From NCBI GenBank assembly GCA_965203805.1, contig OZ241917.1, forward strand, positions 3,040,001 to 3,104,000: 64,000 nucleotides of DNA. The letters run 5' to 3'. The notes under the pieces were generated by a model. The model did not search any database. It saw nothing but the letters and a program-made list of their open reading frames with translations, and was not told the origin of the DNA. The stretch is from Candidatus Latescibacterota bacterium. GTDB lineage: Bacteria; Latescibacterota; UBA2968; GCA-2709665. The position numbers and the translations under genes were made by a program. Positions 1 through 10,545 of the stretch are shown piece after piece (the first letter of the stretch is position 1; each line of letters starts with the position of its first letter).

Positions 1-466
1 GCGACGGCGGCTGGAGGTGCTCGGCGATTCCGGCGGCGTGCGTGTGGTGAACGACTACGCCCATCATCCGACGGAGGTTCACGCAGTCCTGGAGGCGATC
101 AGGGAGGGGTGGACGGGACGCCTGGTGGCTGTTTTCCAGCCCCATCTGTACTCGAGGACCAGAGATTTCGCGGTTGAATTCGGACAGGCGCTGAGCGAAG
201 CCGACCAGGTCTGGGTGGCCGACGTCTACGCCGCTCGAGAAGAAGCGATTCCCGGTGTGAGCGGTGAGATGGTGGCTCGTCAGGTACGGAACTCCGGCTG
301 TTCCGAAGTATTCTATGTCCCGGCCCTGGACGATCTCGAGCGTCGACTGTCGGAGGCGCTTGCGCCGGACGACCTCGTATTGGTGATGGGCGCCGGCGAC
401 GTGGAGCAGGTTGCCTACGGGCTCATTGACCGGTTGTCCGAGGGAGCACCGCGGGCTGATGCTTGA
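1..466 (+). CDS. murC: UDP-N-acetylmuramate--L-alanine ligase, C-terminal part (runs off window start)
   Basis: DYAHHPTE, VFQPHLYSRT and VMGAGD motifs of the Mur ligase C domain; directly upstream of murB. Confidence 0.95.
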   Translation, partial: RRRLEVLGDSGGVRVVNDYAHHPTEVHAVLEAIREGWTGRLVAVFQPHLYSRTRDFAVEFGQALSEADQVWVADVYAAREEAIPGVSGEMVARQVRNSGCSEVFYVPALDDLERRLSEALAPDDLVLVMGAGDVEQVAYGLIDRLSEGAPRADA

Positions 467-1397
467 CGCTTCAAAACGGACTTCGCTCGCCCGTGAAATC
501 CGAGCGCGCTGCAGGGGCGAACTTCTGGTAGATGAGCCCTTGAAGAAGCACACCCATTTTGGTCTGGGCGGCGGCGCGGATCTGTTTTTCCGCCCCGCGG
601 ATTTGGATGATCTGATTGCCGCGGTGCCACTCGTTCTGGACTCCGGACTGCGGGTGCTGCCCCTCGGCGGCGGAACCAACATGCTGGTGAGCGACGCCGG
701 TTTCAGAGGGCTCGTCATCTGTCTGACCCGCGGACTCGCGGGAATGGCGGTCGAATCGGATCAGGGCGTTGCACAGGCGGGCGCAAGCCTTCAGGTATTT
801 TCCAGACGCTGCCAGCGTGCCGGGCGAGCCGGGATGGAGTTCGGCTGCGGAATTCCGGGCACCGTGGGGGGCGCGATACGCGGCAACGCCGGTGCGTGGG
901 GCGGGCAGATCATGGAGCGTGCGGCGTGGGTGAGAGGTCTGGACCTCCGGTCGGGCCGGGCGGTGGAATTGCAGAAAGAGTCAATATCGTTCTCGTACCG
1001 CCATACGGCACTTCCACCCGGATTCCTGATCGTGGAAGCTGGTTTTCAACTGGAAGAGGACGATCCGGCAATGGTCCAGACACGCATGGACGAGATGCTT
1101 GCCCAGCGAAGGGGCTCCCAGCCCCTGTGGGCGCGAAACGCAGGTTGCATTTTCAAGAATCCACCGGGCACGTCGGCGGGATTGCTCATCGACAGGGCCG
1201 GATGCAAAGGGCTGTCCGTAGGCGACGTCGAAGTGTCGGATGTCCACGCGAATTTCATCGTGAACCGGGGTGGTGGCACCGCTGAGGACGTTCTCTCACT
1301 GGTTCGTACGGTTCAGGAAAGAGTACAGCAGACTTTTGGCATCGAAATGGCTATGGAAGTTCGCATCGTCGGCGAGCGGGGAATCGAGAACGCTTGA
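459..1397 (+). CDS. murB: UDP-N-acetylenolpyruvoylglucosamine reductase
   Basis: GGGTN, GIPGTVGGAIRGNAGA, NAGCIFKNP and HANFIVN motifs; ATG at 459 overlaps the murC end. Confidence 0.95.
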   Translation: MLDASKRTSLAREIRARCRGELLVDEPLKKHTHFGLGGGADLFFRPADLDDLIAAVPLVLDSGLRVLPLGGGTNMLVSDAGFRGLVICLTRGLAGMAVESDQGVAQAGASLQVFSRRCQRAGRAGMEFGCGIPGTVGGAIRGNAGAWGGQIMERAAWVRGLDLRSGRAVELQKESISFSYRHTALPPGFLIVEAGFQLEEDDPAMVQTRMDEMLAQRRGSQPLWARNAGCIFKNPPGTSAGLLIDRAGCKGLSVGDVEVSDVHANFIVNRGGGTAEDVLSLVRTVQERVQQTFGIEMAMEVRIVGERGIENA

Positions 1398-1497
1398 AGC
1401 CGGGTACCGCAACCGGTACGGAATCCCCTGAATATCGTCTTTCGCGAACTCCTCTTGCGCGGGCCCCATGGCCTGTACTCAAATCGACGGAGGTCAT

Positions 1498-2292
1498 ATG
1501 TCCAGCCATCGACCGATCTTTTCCAGAACGCAGGAACGTGAGCGAATTCCTGCCGAGGAGCCGGAAATCCGGGCGCCATCCCGGATATTGCGGTGGATTG
1601 TCCTACTGGCGCTTGTCGGATTGCTGCTTTTCGGGATTCAGAACGCATACTCGGCCCTCACAGATTCCGACCTGTTCCGTCTTGACCGTATTTCCGTGGC
1701 CGGTAACCGGCTCCTTAAGGAGAGCGAGGTCGTGACGCTTTCCGGTCTCGAAATAGGCGTCAACCTGTTTGCGGCCGATCTTAGAGCGGCCACGCGGCGA
1801 CTGGTGGCCGGTCCCGCGATCAGGGATGCATTGCTGTTGAGGCAACCCCCGGGAGGGCTGCTCATTCAACTGACGGAGCGGCGACTTCTTGCACTGGCCA
1901 CCATGTCCGATGGATTGTACGGGTTGGACGAGGAAGGCGTGCTCTTTCCGCTGCCGCAGATGCCGTTAAATCTGCCGATCGTGACAGGTATCGACGCGGT
2001 CGTGGACACTCCGGGGGCCTACCGGTTCTCTCACCTTGTCGCGTTTCTGGAGCAGATTCGATCGAATGCGCCGGCGTTCCTGGATGAGGTTTCCGAGGTA
2101 CACCTGGTGTCTGTCACGGAGGCTCGCGTCTATCTGGTGGGAGATGGGCTGACTCTCAGGATGCGGCTTGAAGACGCGGTCGACCAGATCCGTCGGTTTG
2201 ACACGTATATAAAGTCGGGGGCGCACAGAATCACGACGCCCGCCTACGTCGATCTCCGGTTTTCGAATCAGGTCGTTGTGGGTGCGGGTTGA
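1498..2292 (+). CDS. ftsQ: Cell division protein FtsQ/DivIB
   Basis: Single N-terminal TM helix, POTRA-like segment, C-terminal YVDLRF; sits before ftsA. Confidence 0.9.
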   Translation: MSSHRPIFSRTQERERIPAEEPEIRAPSRILRWIVLLALVGLLLFGIQNAYSALTDSDLFRLDRISVAGNRLLKESEVVTLSGLEIGVNLFAADLRAATRRLVAGPAIRDALLLRQPPGGLLIQLTERRLLALATMSDGLYGLDEEGVLFPLPQMPLNLPIVTGIDAVVDTPGAYRFSHLVAFLEQIRSNAPAFLDEVSEVHLVSVTEARVYLVGDGLTLRMRLEDAVDQIRRFDTYIKSGAHRITTPAYVDLRFSNQVVVGAG

Positions 2293-2349
2293 GGTGTCCG
2301 CGAACCTGTATCCACCACGTGTCCAGCAGCAGTCGGAAAGGAAGCCAGG

Positions 2350-3585
2350 ATGGCCAAAGGGGACCAGATCGTTGGTATGGATATCGGAACGACCAAGATC
2401 TGCGTGGTCGTTGCCGATGCAGGTGAAGACGATCAGCTCAGGATTACGGGCATTGGCACAAGCCCTTCCAACGGGCTGAAGCGCGGCGTTGTGGTGAATG
2501 TTGCACAAACCGTTCAATCCATCCAACGTGCCGTCGAAGAAGCGGAACAGGCTTCCGATGTACGTATAGGGGCCGTTTACGCCGGCATCGCGGGCGATCA
2601 TATTCGCAGCCTCAATTGCCGAGGTGTGATCGCCGTATCCGGAAACGACAACGAAATTACCGCTCAGGATGAGGCGCGCGTGATCGAAACCGCCAAGGCC
2701 GTTTCGATCCCCATGGACCGCGAGATAATACACGTGTTGCCTCAATCATTCGTCGTGGACGACCAACCCGGCGTCAAGAATCCCATTGGAATGTCGGGCG
2801 TGCGTCTCGAGGCCGACGTGCATATGGTAACCGGCGCGGTGACGTCGGCACAGAATATATGCAAGAGCATCCGACGGGCGGGTGTCGAGGTTATGGATCT
2901 CGTGCTGGAACCGCTGGCATCCAGCTACGCCGTTCTGTCGCCCGAAGAAGAGGAGATGGGCGTAACCCTGGTCGACATTGGCGGCGGTACCACCGACGTC
3001 GCTGTATACTACGACGGCAGCATTCGACATACAGCCGTCGTGGGCTTGGGCGGCGAGAACGTAACCAATGACATTTCAATCGGTCTGAGAACGCCGCTGG
3101 TACAGGCGGAACGTATCAAACGCTCGCGCGGCTGTTCGTCGAGTTCGATGGTGGATAAGGACGAGACAATACAGATTCCGGGTATCGGCGGACGGCCCTC
3201 CTACGATGTGCCTCGAGCGGAACTGACGGCGATTATCGAAGCACGAATGGAGGAAATCTTCACCCTGGTCCATCGGGAAATCCGAAGGACGGACTACGCG
3301 GATCTGCTGGCTGCGGGCGTCGTCATTACCGGCGGCGGATCGATGCTCGAGGGGACGGCTGAGCTGGCGGAGGAGGTGTTTGGAATGCCGGTCAGCGTGG
3401 GCATGCCGAACGGCGTTTCCGGCCTTTCGAACGACGCCACCGCCCCCATTTATGCGACCGGCGTCGGCCTCGTGAAATTCGGCCTTCAGCAGCAGCAATT
3501 CGGCGGAACGATGCGTGTTGGAGGCAATGGTTCTATCGGATCCGTATTGGGCAGGATGAAGGCGTGGGTGAAGGATTTTTTCTAG
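2350..3585 (+). CDS. ftsA: Cell division protein FtsA
   Basis: DIGTTKI, DIGGGTTD and VITGGGS actin-fold motifs; C-terminal amphipathic helix. Confidence 0.97.
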   Translation: MAKGDQIVGMDIGTTKICVVVADAGEDDQLRITGIGTSPSNGLKRGVVVNVAQTVQSIQRAVEEAEQASDVRIGAVYAGIAGDHIRSLNCRGVIAVSGNDNEITAQDEARVIETAKAVSIPMDREIIHVLPQSFVVDDQPGVKNPIGMSGVRLEADVHMVTGAVTSAQNICKSIRRAGVEVMDLVLEPLASSYAVLSPEEEEMGVTLVDIGGGTTDVAVYYDGSIRHTAVVGLGGENVTNDISIGLRTPLVQAERIKRSRGCSSSSMVDKDETIQIPGIGGRPSYDVPRAELTAIIEARMEEIFTLVHREIRRTDYADLLAAGVVITGGGSMLEGTAELAEEVFGMPVSVGMPNGVSGLSNDATAPIYATGVGLVKFGLQQQQFGGTMRVGGNGSIGSVLGRMKAWVKDFF

Positions 3586-3649
3586 GAAACGGATGGGGCG
3601 ACCGAACGCGTCCGCACCCTCCACAACGCGATTTGACAGGAGAGACCAG

Positions 3650-4813
3650 ATGGTGACATTTTCGATCGTAGACACGGACAGCCAGGCGAAGATGCGGGTT
3701 GTGGGGGTCGGGGGCGCCGGCGGAAACGCGGTTAACCGGATGATTGCGGCGGACCTCAAGGGCGTGGAGTTTATCGCGGTTAATTCGGATATGCAGGATC
3801 TGGACAAATCCGAGGCATCGAAACGCGTACAGATCGGCCAGTCGATAACAAAAGGACTGGGCGCGGGCGCCAATCCTGAAACCGGACGGCAGGCCATGGA
3901 GGAAGATCGAGGCCACGTCACGGAACTCCTCGCCGGTTCGGATATCGTGTTCGTGACCGCCGGAATGGGGGGAGGAACCGGTACAGGCGCCGCGCCGGTC
4001 GTGGCGGATATCGCAAAGGAAGCCGGAGCGCTGACGGTGGGCATCGTGACCAAGCCGTTCAAAATGGAGGGGGCGCCACGCTTGCGCAACGCGGAGACGG
4101 GTATCGCTCAGTTGAAGGAATCCGTTGACACGCTCATCGTGATTACAAACCAGCGTCTCCTGGACATTTGCTCCAACGAGACCACGCTGCGAGAGGCTTT
4201 CAGACTGGCCGACGACGTGCTGCTGCAGGCGACGCGCGGGATCTCGGATCTGATCGCGATACCCGGCGAAGTGAATCTGGATTTCAACGACGTTCGCACG
4301 GTAATGCAGCAGGGCGGAGATGCGTTGATGGGAACCGGCACGGCAGAGGGGGAAGGCCGCGCGATCCACGCGGCCGAGGCAGCCATCAACAGCCCCCTGC
4401 TGGAGGATCTGTCCATTGACGGCGCAAGGTGCGTCCTTGTGAATATCGCAGCCGGCAGTGATTTGAAGCTGTTCGAAGTGGACGAATCGGTATCTACCGT
4501 AACCAAGGCGGTTGGCCCCGAGGCCAATATTATCTGGGGTACCGTGCTGGATGACGGCCTCAGCGATGAGCTGCGCGTGACGGTGATTGCCACCGGTTTC
4601 GCCAGGGATGAGGATCTCACGGGAAAGAAAGCGCGACGAGTGACTACGGACAACCCCCTCGGCCTGGATGTACCGGCATATTTGCGCAAGGCCGGCGCTG
4701 GCGAGGTCACGGAACCACAGGTCGCACCGGAGGAGAGCGCGGACGTGGACATGTCGCTGGACGACCTTGAGATACCGTCGTTCCTGAGGCGGCGCCTGAG
4801 AGATACAGCCTGA
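3650..4813 (+). CDS. ftsZ: Cell division protein FtsZ
   Basis: GVGGAGGNAV, GMGGGTGTG tubulin signature, C-terminal LEIPSFLRR; AGGAG SD before ATG 3650. Confidence 0.98.
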   Translation: MVTFSIVDTDSQAKMRVVGVGGAGGNAVNRMIAADLKGVEFIAVNSDMQDLDKSEASKRVQIGQSITKGLGAGANPETGRQAMEEDRGHVTELLAGSDIVFVTAGMGGGTGTGAAPVVADIAKEAGALTVGIVTKPFKMEGAPRLRNAETGIAQLKESVDTLIVITNQRLLDICSNETTLREAFRLADDVLLQATRGISDLIAIPGEVNLDFNDVRTVMQQGGDALMGTGTAEGEGRAIHAAEAAINSPLLEDLSIDGARCVLVNIAAGSDLKLFEVDESVSTVTKAVGPEANIIWGTVLDDGLSDELRVTVIATGFARDEDLTGKKARRVTTDNPLGLDVPAYLRKAGAGEVTEPQVAPEESADVDMSLDDLEIPSFLRRRLRDTA

Positions 4814-4871
4814 CGCACGGCAGCGTCTCGCCCCCGCGTGTGTTTTTCGGGGACGATTGAGGATCACGGAT

Positions 4872-5852
4872 ATGGACAGCGTGCGATGGGGCATCGTGGG
4901 ATGCGGCGATGTGACGGAGGTGAAGAGCGGACCCGGATTTCAGAGTGCGGACGGGTCCGCCCTGGCGGCCGTGATGAGGCGGGACGTGGACAAGGCTGCC
5001 GACTACGCGCGCAGACACGGCGTGCCGCGGTTCTACGGTCAGGCGGACGCGCTGATTGAGGATTCCCAGGTCGACGCCGTGTACGTGGCGACCCCGCCTT
5101 CGTCGCATCTCGACGTGGCCCTGAAGGTGGCGGACGCCGGCAAGCCATGCCTTGTGGAAAAACCCATGGCGATGAATCTCAGCGAATGCGAGCAGATGGT
5201 TGCGGCCTTCCGAGAGACAGGACGGCCGCTTTTTGTGGCCTACTACAGGCGGGCGCTGCCTCGATTCCTGCGCGTACGGGAGTTGCTACGGGATGGTGCG
5301 GTCGGCGACCTGAGTTCGGTACATATTACACACTACGATCCGCTCGCGCGGGGCGACGAGGCGAATGGCTGGCGATTCAGGCCGGAGATTTCGGGCGGGG
5401 GGCTGTTTATGGATTTGGGGTCTCACGGCCTGGACCTGCTGGATTTTCTCGTGAGTCCCATCAGGCAGGAATGGGGATGCTCTGCAAACACGGGCGGCAC
5501 GTACGAGGCCGAGGACGTGGTCGCGGCAGGCTTTGAGTTCGAATCGGGGATTGTCGGAACGGGCATCTGGAATTTCAACGCGGATTATTCGGAAGACCGA
5601 ATCACGTTTACCGGATCCGACGGGGAGGTGCAATGTCCGGTTTTTTCGGATTCGGACATCCTGGTCCGGAAAGGCGACGAAACAGCGGCGCTGGAATACA
5701 GGAACCCTCCCCACGTGCATCAGCCGTTGATCCAAACGGTGGTGGATGAACTCCTGGGCAGGGGAAGATGCGAGTCAACCGGCGAGAGTGCCGCCCGGAC
5801 GGCCCGGGTGATGGACAGGTGTTTGAAATCGTACTACGAAGAACGCGATTGA
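4872..5852 (+). CDS. Gfo/Idh/MocA family oxidoreductase
   Basis: WGIVGCG Rossmann start, VEKPMA, GGLFMDLGSH. Confidence 0.9.
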   Translation: MDSVRWGIVGCGDVTEVKSGPGFQSADGSALAAVMRRDVDKAADYARRHGVPRFYGQADALIEDSQVDAVYVATPPSSHLDVALKVADAGKPCLVEKPMAMNLSECEQMVAAFRETGRPLFVAYYRRALPRFLRVRELLRDGAVGDLSSVHITHYDPLARGDEANGWRFRPEISGGGLFMDLGSHGLDLLDFLVSPIRQEWGCSANTGGTYEAEDVVAAGFEFESGIVGTGIWNFNADYSEDRITFTGSDGEVQCPVFSDSDILVRKGDETAALEYRNPPHVHQPLIQTVVDELLGRGRCESTGESAARTARVMDRCLKSYYEERD

Positions 5853-6151
5853 ACGTGCCGGCGTCCTGTCCCGGAAGCAGATTGCCTGGATACGACCGTG
5901 CGAAAGCAGCTTTCAGCCATCAGCGTTCATCAGTCAGCTGGAATCAAAAACGAAAGGCAAACGGCGGAACCCCCACGAATCCGTGAGATTGACCTTTCAG
6001 AAGGACCTTCTGCCCGCCCGGAATGCGATTCCAGTGCGTGTTGTTCCGCCGACAGCCGACCTTGGCAAGGTCCGCGAGAGAGGACAACGCAGTGAGACGG
6101 AATGAATGGGCGGTTGAGCGATACCGCATTGCCGGGACGTGACACGATAGC

Positions 6152-7249
6152 TCAGATTGTCTTCCCCGTACGGAGATACGCCTTGAGCGCGTTCGGGTCC
6201 AACCCGGCGATGCCCAGATCTTGGACGTCTCTCCCGCTGGTCCAGCCGTCCGTTCCGATGACGATCGATCCGATGTCGACCATCGCGCGAATTGTGGGCG
6301 CGGGTACACCGTACTGGGCGCCTACGGAGTGCCAGGCCGCCAGACCGTATGGAACATCCTCAGTAAGCCATCGGCTGTCAAGGGAACCGGGCGCTTTGAG
6401 GCGGGTGAGCATGTAGCTGCCGTTGATGGTTGCCCAGAGGTCCCCTCCCGGTCCGAAGCCGGCCCGATGAAAGGCGACATTCGCCGGGGCCAGGTCATAA
6501 CCGAGTCGCCTGGCGATTGCGCGGCGTTCGTCGTCCACCTGCGTGATCACTCTGGCCACGGCGGGCGTCACCCCCTCTTCGTAAAAGAAGAATTCGCCTC
6601 GGGAATATTCCACGCGGCCTGCATTCAGGAGCACACCGGCGGGATGGACCACGGGATTCATCGCGGCCAGACCGCACGCCAACACGTCGGGATAACCCGT
6701 TACCCCCGGAAAGAGACGGTCCAGACGCGCCCGCACGGGTTCGAATTCACTGGCCGGCAGCACGCCGAGGCCCAGACCCGTGACGATGCCCCAGATGGTG
6801 GCGGTGTCGGGTGTCGTCTTCCGGCAGACGAACGGCGCCGTATCCACTTCGGCGAGTACGACGCCTTCGGCGCCGGCCTCGCGGAGGATGCACGCCCATT
6901 CGAGGGTCCCGAGGGTGCCGGGCATGATGACAACGGTCTGACCCGGCCGCAGGAACGGGGCGCAGACTTCGGCAAACGCCTTGTGAGCGTACGCCGGTAC
7001 GATGAGCAGCACCAGGTCCGGCGATTCAAGCGCCTCCTCGATATCGGTGGTGACGCGGTGGATTCGGGCCGGGCCCTGTCCACCGGCGCCGAGCAGCTGG
7101 ATGATGCCGTCGTCCGCAATCGGATCGAGAGATTCCCTGAATTCGGGAATCTCGTATAACGTGATCTCAAAGCCCTTCAGGCTGAGATTGGCAGCCACGG
7201 CAAACGCCGTGTTTCCGCCGCCGAGAACGGTTACTGTTTTTACATGCAT
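6152..7249 (-). CDS. NAD/NADP octopine/nopaline (opine) dehydrogenase family protein
   Basis: VLGGGN Rossmann, NPVVHP, FYEEGVT, RWLTEDVPYGL motifs. Confidence 0.88.
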   Translation of the reverse strand: MHVKTVTVLGGGNTAFAVAANLSLKGFEITLYEIPEFRESLDPIADDGIIQLLGAGGQGPARIHRVTTDIEEALESPDLVLLIVPAYAHKAFAEVCAPFLRPGQTVVIMPGTLGTLEWACILREAGAEGVVLAEVDTAPFVCRKTTPDTATIWGIVTGLGLGVLPASEFEPVRARLDRLFPGVTGYPDVLACGLAAMNPVVHPAGVLLNAGRVEYSRGEFFFYEEGVTPAVARVITQVDDERRAIARRLGYDLAPANVAFHRAGFGPGGDLWATINGSYMLTRLKAPGSLDSRWLTEDVPYGLAAWHSVGAQYGVPAPTIRAMVDIGSIVIGTDGWTSGRDVQDLGIAGLDPNALKAYLRTGKTI

Positions 7250-7536
7250 GGAATACGCCTCAGCATGATGTGGAAAATCGCTATGCAGAAAAGGAATACC
7301 GCCGGTTCGCGATTGGACTCGCGAACCGGCTTCAGGTCATTGCAGGCACAAATATAAACCCGGCGCATCGGCGGGACAAGGACCGATTCGTTGAGAGCCG
7401 CTGTCGTTCCCGCGGCCGAGCTGACCGGTTCATCCGCGCACTCCGGCCGGAATTCAGGTGGGATTTCCCTGTAGACGAGCATCAGCCGGCACGATGACCC
7501 ATTCACGTCCGACAGTCCAACAGGAGGAGGAACCCG

Positions 7537-8046
7537 TTGCCCTACGAAGACCACAAGAAACAGGCGCAGGGCGCCGTCAATTGCGCCGTACTCACGATCA
7601 GCGACACGAGGACGGAAGCCGACGACAAGAGCGGCAGAATCATCAGAGATCTGCTCGAAACCGGTGGTCACACAACAGGATTTTATCAGGTTGTCCCGGA
7701 CGATCCGGCCCGTATTCGGGAGCTGGTCATCGGAATAACCGGCAGAGGGGATTGCCAGGCGATCCTGACCAGCGGCGGCACGGGCATCGCTGCCCGGGAT
7801 ACCACGTACGAAGCCGTGGTCGGTCTGCTCGAGAAACGGCTGGACGGCTTCGGGGAACTCTTCCGATTCCTGAGCTGGGATGATATCGGCTCCGGCGCCA
7901 TGCTCTCGCGCGCCGTCGCCGGCGTCTACCGCGACACGATGATTTTCTGCATGCCCGGCTCTTCCGGCGCTGTACGCCTCGCCATGGAAAAACTGATCGT
8001 TCCCGAACTCTCGCACCTTGTCTGGGAAATCTGGCGGCAGAAGTAA
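7537..8046 (+). CDS. moaB: Molybdenum cofactor biosynthesis protein MoaB/MogA
   Basis: TISDTR, DKSG, SGGTGIAARDTT, PGSSGA; TTG start after an AGGAGG SD. Confidence 0.9.
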   Translation: MPYEDHKKQAQGAVNCAVLTISDTRTEADDKSGRIIRDLLETGGHTTGFYQVVPDDPARIRELVIGITGRGDCQAILTSGGTGIAARDTTYEAVVGLLEKRLDGFGELFRFLSWDDIGSGAMLSRAVAGVYRDTMIFCMPGSSGAVRLAMEKLIVPELSHLVWEIWRQK

Positions 8047-8237
8047 CCCCGGGGTGCGGCGGATTCCCGGGCATCCTGACAAAGCCCATTGGTCTTCAGG
8101 TCCGCGCTCCGGAACCAAGGGACCGTTACGCCCGGCAGATCACGCCCGCGTTCGGACAGCGTGGGGCAGGTCCTGACTCCAGGGACTCCGTCCGGGACTC
8201 TTTGACTCATACCTCCGGGTTTTGGTCGGGGTACACC

Positions 8238-8639
8238 ATGCCAACCCGTTCGATACACATCCTTGTGTTTTCTTTCGTCCTCAGCTGCGCCGGCCTCGAC
8301 CTCGACCTTCAGGGGCACGACCACAGATATGGACGCGGTTCGAATCTCCTCCCCGGCGCCATTGCCCGCAACCGGAATGAGGGCACCGTCTACGTCGTCT
8401 CCGTGAGCGGTCCCAAACAGTACACACTCACGTCAAAACGGTGGTGGCGGCTGGCCGCCGAGAACACCCGTTTGTATCAGACGATTACCGTGGACGGAGA
8501 CACCCTGCGTTACGAAGCCCGGACCGCCGCGTCCGACCGACCTCGCGGACCGGGGACGGGACTGGCCGAGCACCCAATTCTCGGGAGGGATGATGCCACG
8601 GGTGGGGCTGATCGCGCATCCCGATTTTTCGCGGCATGA
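8238..8639 (+). pseudogene. Remnant of a secreted purple-acid-phosphatase-like metallophosphoesterase (signal peptide fused to C-terminal fragment)
   Basis: Signal-like MPTRSIHILVFSFVLSCAG joined directly to DLDLQGHDHRYGR...GTVYVVSVSGPK...LRYEART; the other metal motifs are absent. Confidence 0.65.
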
Positions 8640-9543
8640 TACCGGCCATGGGCACCCGGAACGTCCTGAACGGCTCCAGGCCATCCAGAACCGGCTGGAC
8701 GAGACCGGTCTCAGGGAACGGCTCATCGACGTTGCGCCGAGAATCGTTGGCGTCGACTGGCTGGAAAGCGTCCACACTCCCCGCCATGTCGCGGATGTTC
8801 AGCGTCGCTGCGAACGGAACATGCCCCTCATGGACGCGGGGGACACGTTCATTTGTCCTGAATCCTTCAACGTTGGACGTCTTGCGGCGGGGGCGGCCTG
8901 TGAGGCGGTCGATGCGGTCATGGACGACCGTGCAGACGCCGTGTTTTGCGCCACACGGCCGCCGGGTCACCACGCGGAACGCGACAGGGCCATGGGCTTC
9001 TGCCTGTTCAACAACGTGGCGGTCGCCGCGCGGTACGTTCAGTCCGCCCACGGTCTTGGACGTGTGCTCATCGTCGACTGGGACGTGCATCACGGAAACG
9101 GTACCCAGCACATCTTCGAAGAAGACCCCGATGTGTTTTATTTCAGCACCCATCAGTACCCCCATTATCCCTGGTTCAGCGGAAGCAGCGGCGAAACGGG
9201 CATTGGCGCCGGTGAGGGAGCGAACCGGAACGCGCCTGTGCCGGCCGGCGCCGGCGACGAACAATTCCTTCACGCGTTCGACGAACTCCTGTCCCCCGCA
9301 ATGGCACGCTTCCGCCCCGACTTCGTCATCGTCTCCGCGGGGTTCGACGGGCACGTCAGCGACCCCCTTTCCGGCACGCGTGTCACTGAAGACGGATTCG
9401 CCGAAATGACGCGCCGGGTACGTCAGATAGCAGGGACGTACGCCAACGATCGTCTCATTTCGGTCCTGGAAGGCGGCTACGACCTCAACGGCCTCTCCCG
9501 TTGCGTCGAAGCCCACCTGAACGCCCTGTTGGAGAGTAGCTAG
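8590..9543 (+). CDS. Histone deacetylase family (acetylpolyamine amidohydrolase-like) protein
   Basis: HPERPER, RPPGHHA, GFCLFNN, DWDVHHGNGT, SAGFD, LEGGY. Confidence 0.95.
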   Translation: MMPRVGLIAHPDFSRHDTGHGHPERPERLQAIQNRLDETGLRERLIDVAPRIVGVDWLESVHTPRHVADVQRRCERNMPLMDAGDTFICPESFNVGRLAAGAACEAVDAVMDDRADAVFCATRPPGHHAERDRAMGFCLFNNVAVAARYVQSAHGLGRVLIVDWDVHHGNGTQHIFEEDPDVFYFSTHQYPHYPWFSGSSGETGIGAGEGANRNAPVPAGAGDEQFLHAFDELLSPAMARFRPDFVIVSAGFDGHVSDPLSGTRVTEDGFAEMTRRVRQIAGTYANDRLISVLEGGYDLNGLSRCVEAHLNALLESS

Positions 9544-9675
9544 CACACGCAGGCGATCCTGAATCCGATCGCACGCAGACGGAACCATACCCTCGATCCG
9601 GTCGTCTGTTACTTCGACTTCTCGAAATTCGGCCGCTACCGTTTTTTTTTTATCGGAACCATTATCGGAGGCTCA

Positions 9676-10545
9676 GTGAGCACTAACGAAGCCGTTGTCG
9701 CATTCCAGGGTGAAATGGGCGCGTTCAGCGAAATGGCCGCCCGCAGTTATTTCTTCGAAAACGTGCGCGTGGTCCCGCAGCCCGATTTCCAGGGTCTGTT
9801 CGGCGCGGTCTCCGGCGGCGAATGCACGCACGGCGTGGTGCCCATTGAGAATTCCCTCATGGGAAGCATTCACGAAAACTACGATCTGCTCCTCCAGCAG
9901 GATCTCTACATCGTTGGTGAAATCAAGCTGCGCATCGTGCACAACCTCATCGTGAATCCCGGCGTCAGGATGGAAGACGTCAAACAGATTTACTCACAAG
10001 CGCCCGCCCTGGCGCAATGTACCGAGTTCATCCGATCCACCGAAGGCGTCGAAGCGGTGGTTGCACAAGACACGGCAGGCGCCGTCAGACGGATCAAGAG
10101 AGAAAAAGCGAGAAATGCCGCAGCCATCGCCAGCGCACAGGCTGCGATCGACTACGACCTGGAAATCCTCCGGGAGGGTCTTGAAAACGACCACCGGAAT
10201 TATACCCGGTTTCTGGTCGTAGCCTCCAATGCGGCTGAACCCGTCGACCCCGCAAAAACCACGGTCGTCTATGCCCTGGATCACATTCCCGGCGCGCTGT
10301 TCAAGAGTCTGGGTGTATTCGCAATGCGGGATATCAATCTGTTGAAAATCGAATCGCGCCCCTTAAGCGGCAGGCCCTGGGAGTACGTCTTCTATCTGGA
10401 TTTTGAAGGCCACCTGGCCAGCGATCGATGTCAACAGGCGGTTGAACACCTCGAACAGATGGCCAGCTTCCTCAAAATCCTCGGCTCCTACACGCAGGGC
10501 AAGACTGTCGAAGGCAGTCTGCGCGAAAAAAGGGCGGTCCCATGA
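9676..10545 (+). CDS. pheA: Prephenate dehydratase with ACT domain
   Basis: VPIENS, NYTRF, LKIESRP motifs; GTG start after GGAGG. Confidence 0.93.
   Translation: MSTNEAVVAFQGEMGAFSEMAARSYFFENVRVVPQPDFQGLFGAVSGGECTHGVVPIENSLMGSIHENYDLLLQQDLYIVGEIKLRIVHNLIVNPGVRMEDVKQIYSQAPALAQCTEFIRSTEGVEAVVAQDTAGAVRRIKREKARNAAAIASAQAAIDYDLEILREGLENDHRNYTRFLVVASNAAEPVDPAKTTVVYALDHIPGALFKSLGVFAMRDINLLKIESRPLSGRPWEYVFYLDFEGHLASDRCQQAVEHLEQMASFLKILGSYTQGKTVEGSLREKRAVP

Noticed and set aside
1398-1497. Absence of ddl between murB and ftsQ
   Set aside because: A common dcw variant; no remnant visible.
7260-7536. Moco riboswitch upstream of moaB
   Set aside because: I could not recognise the conserved Moco RNA features by eye; an Rfam scan would settle it.
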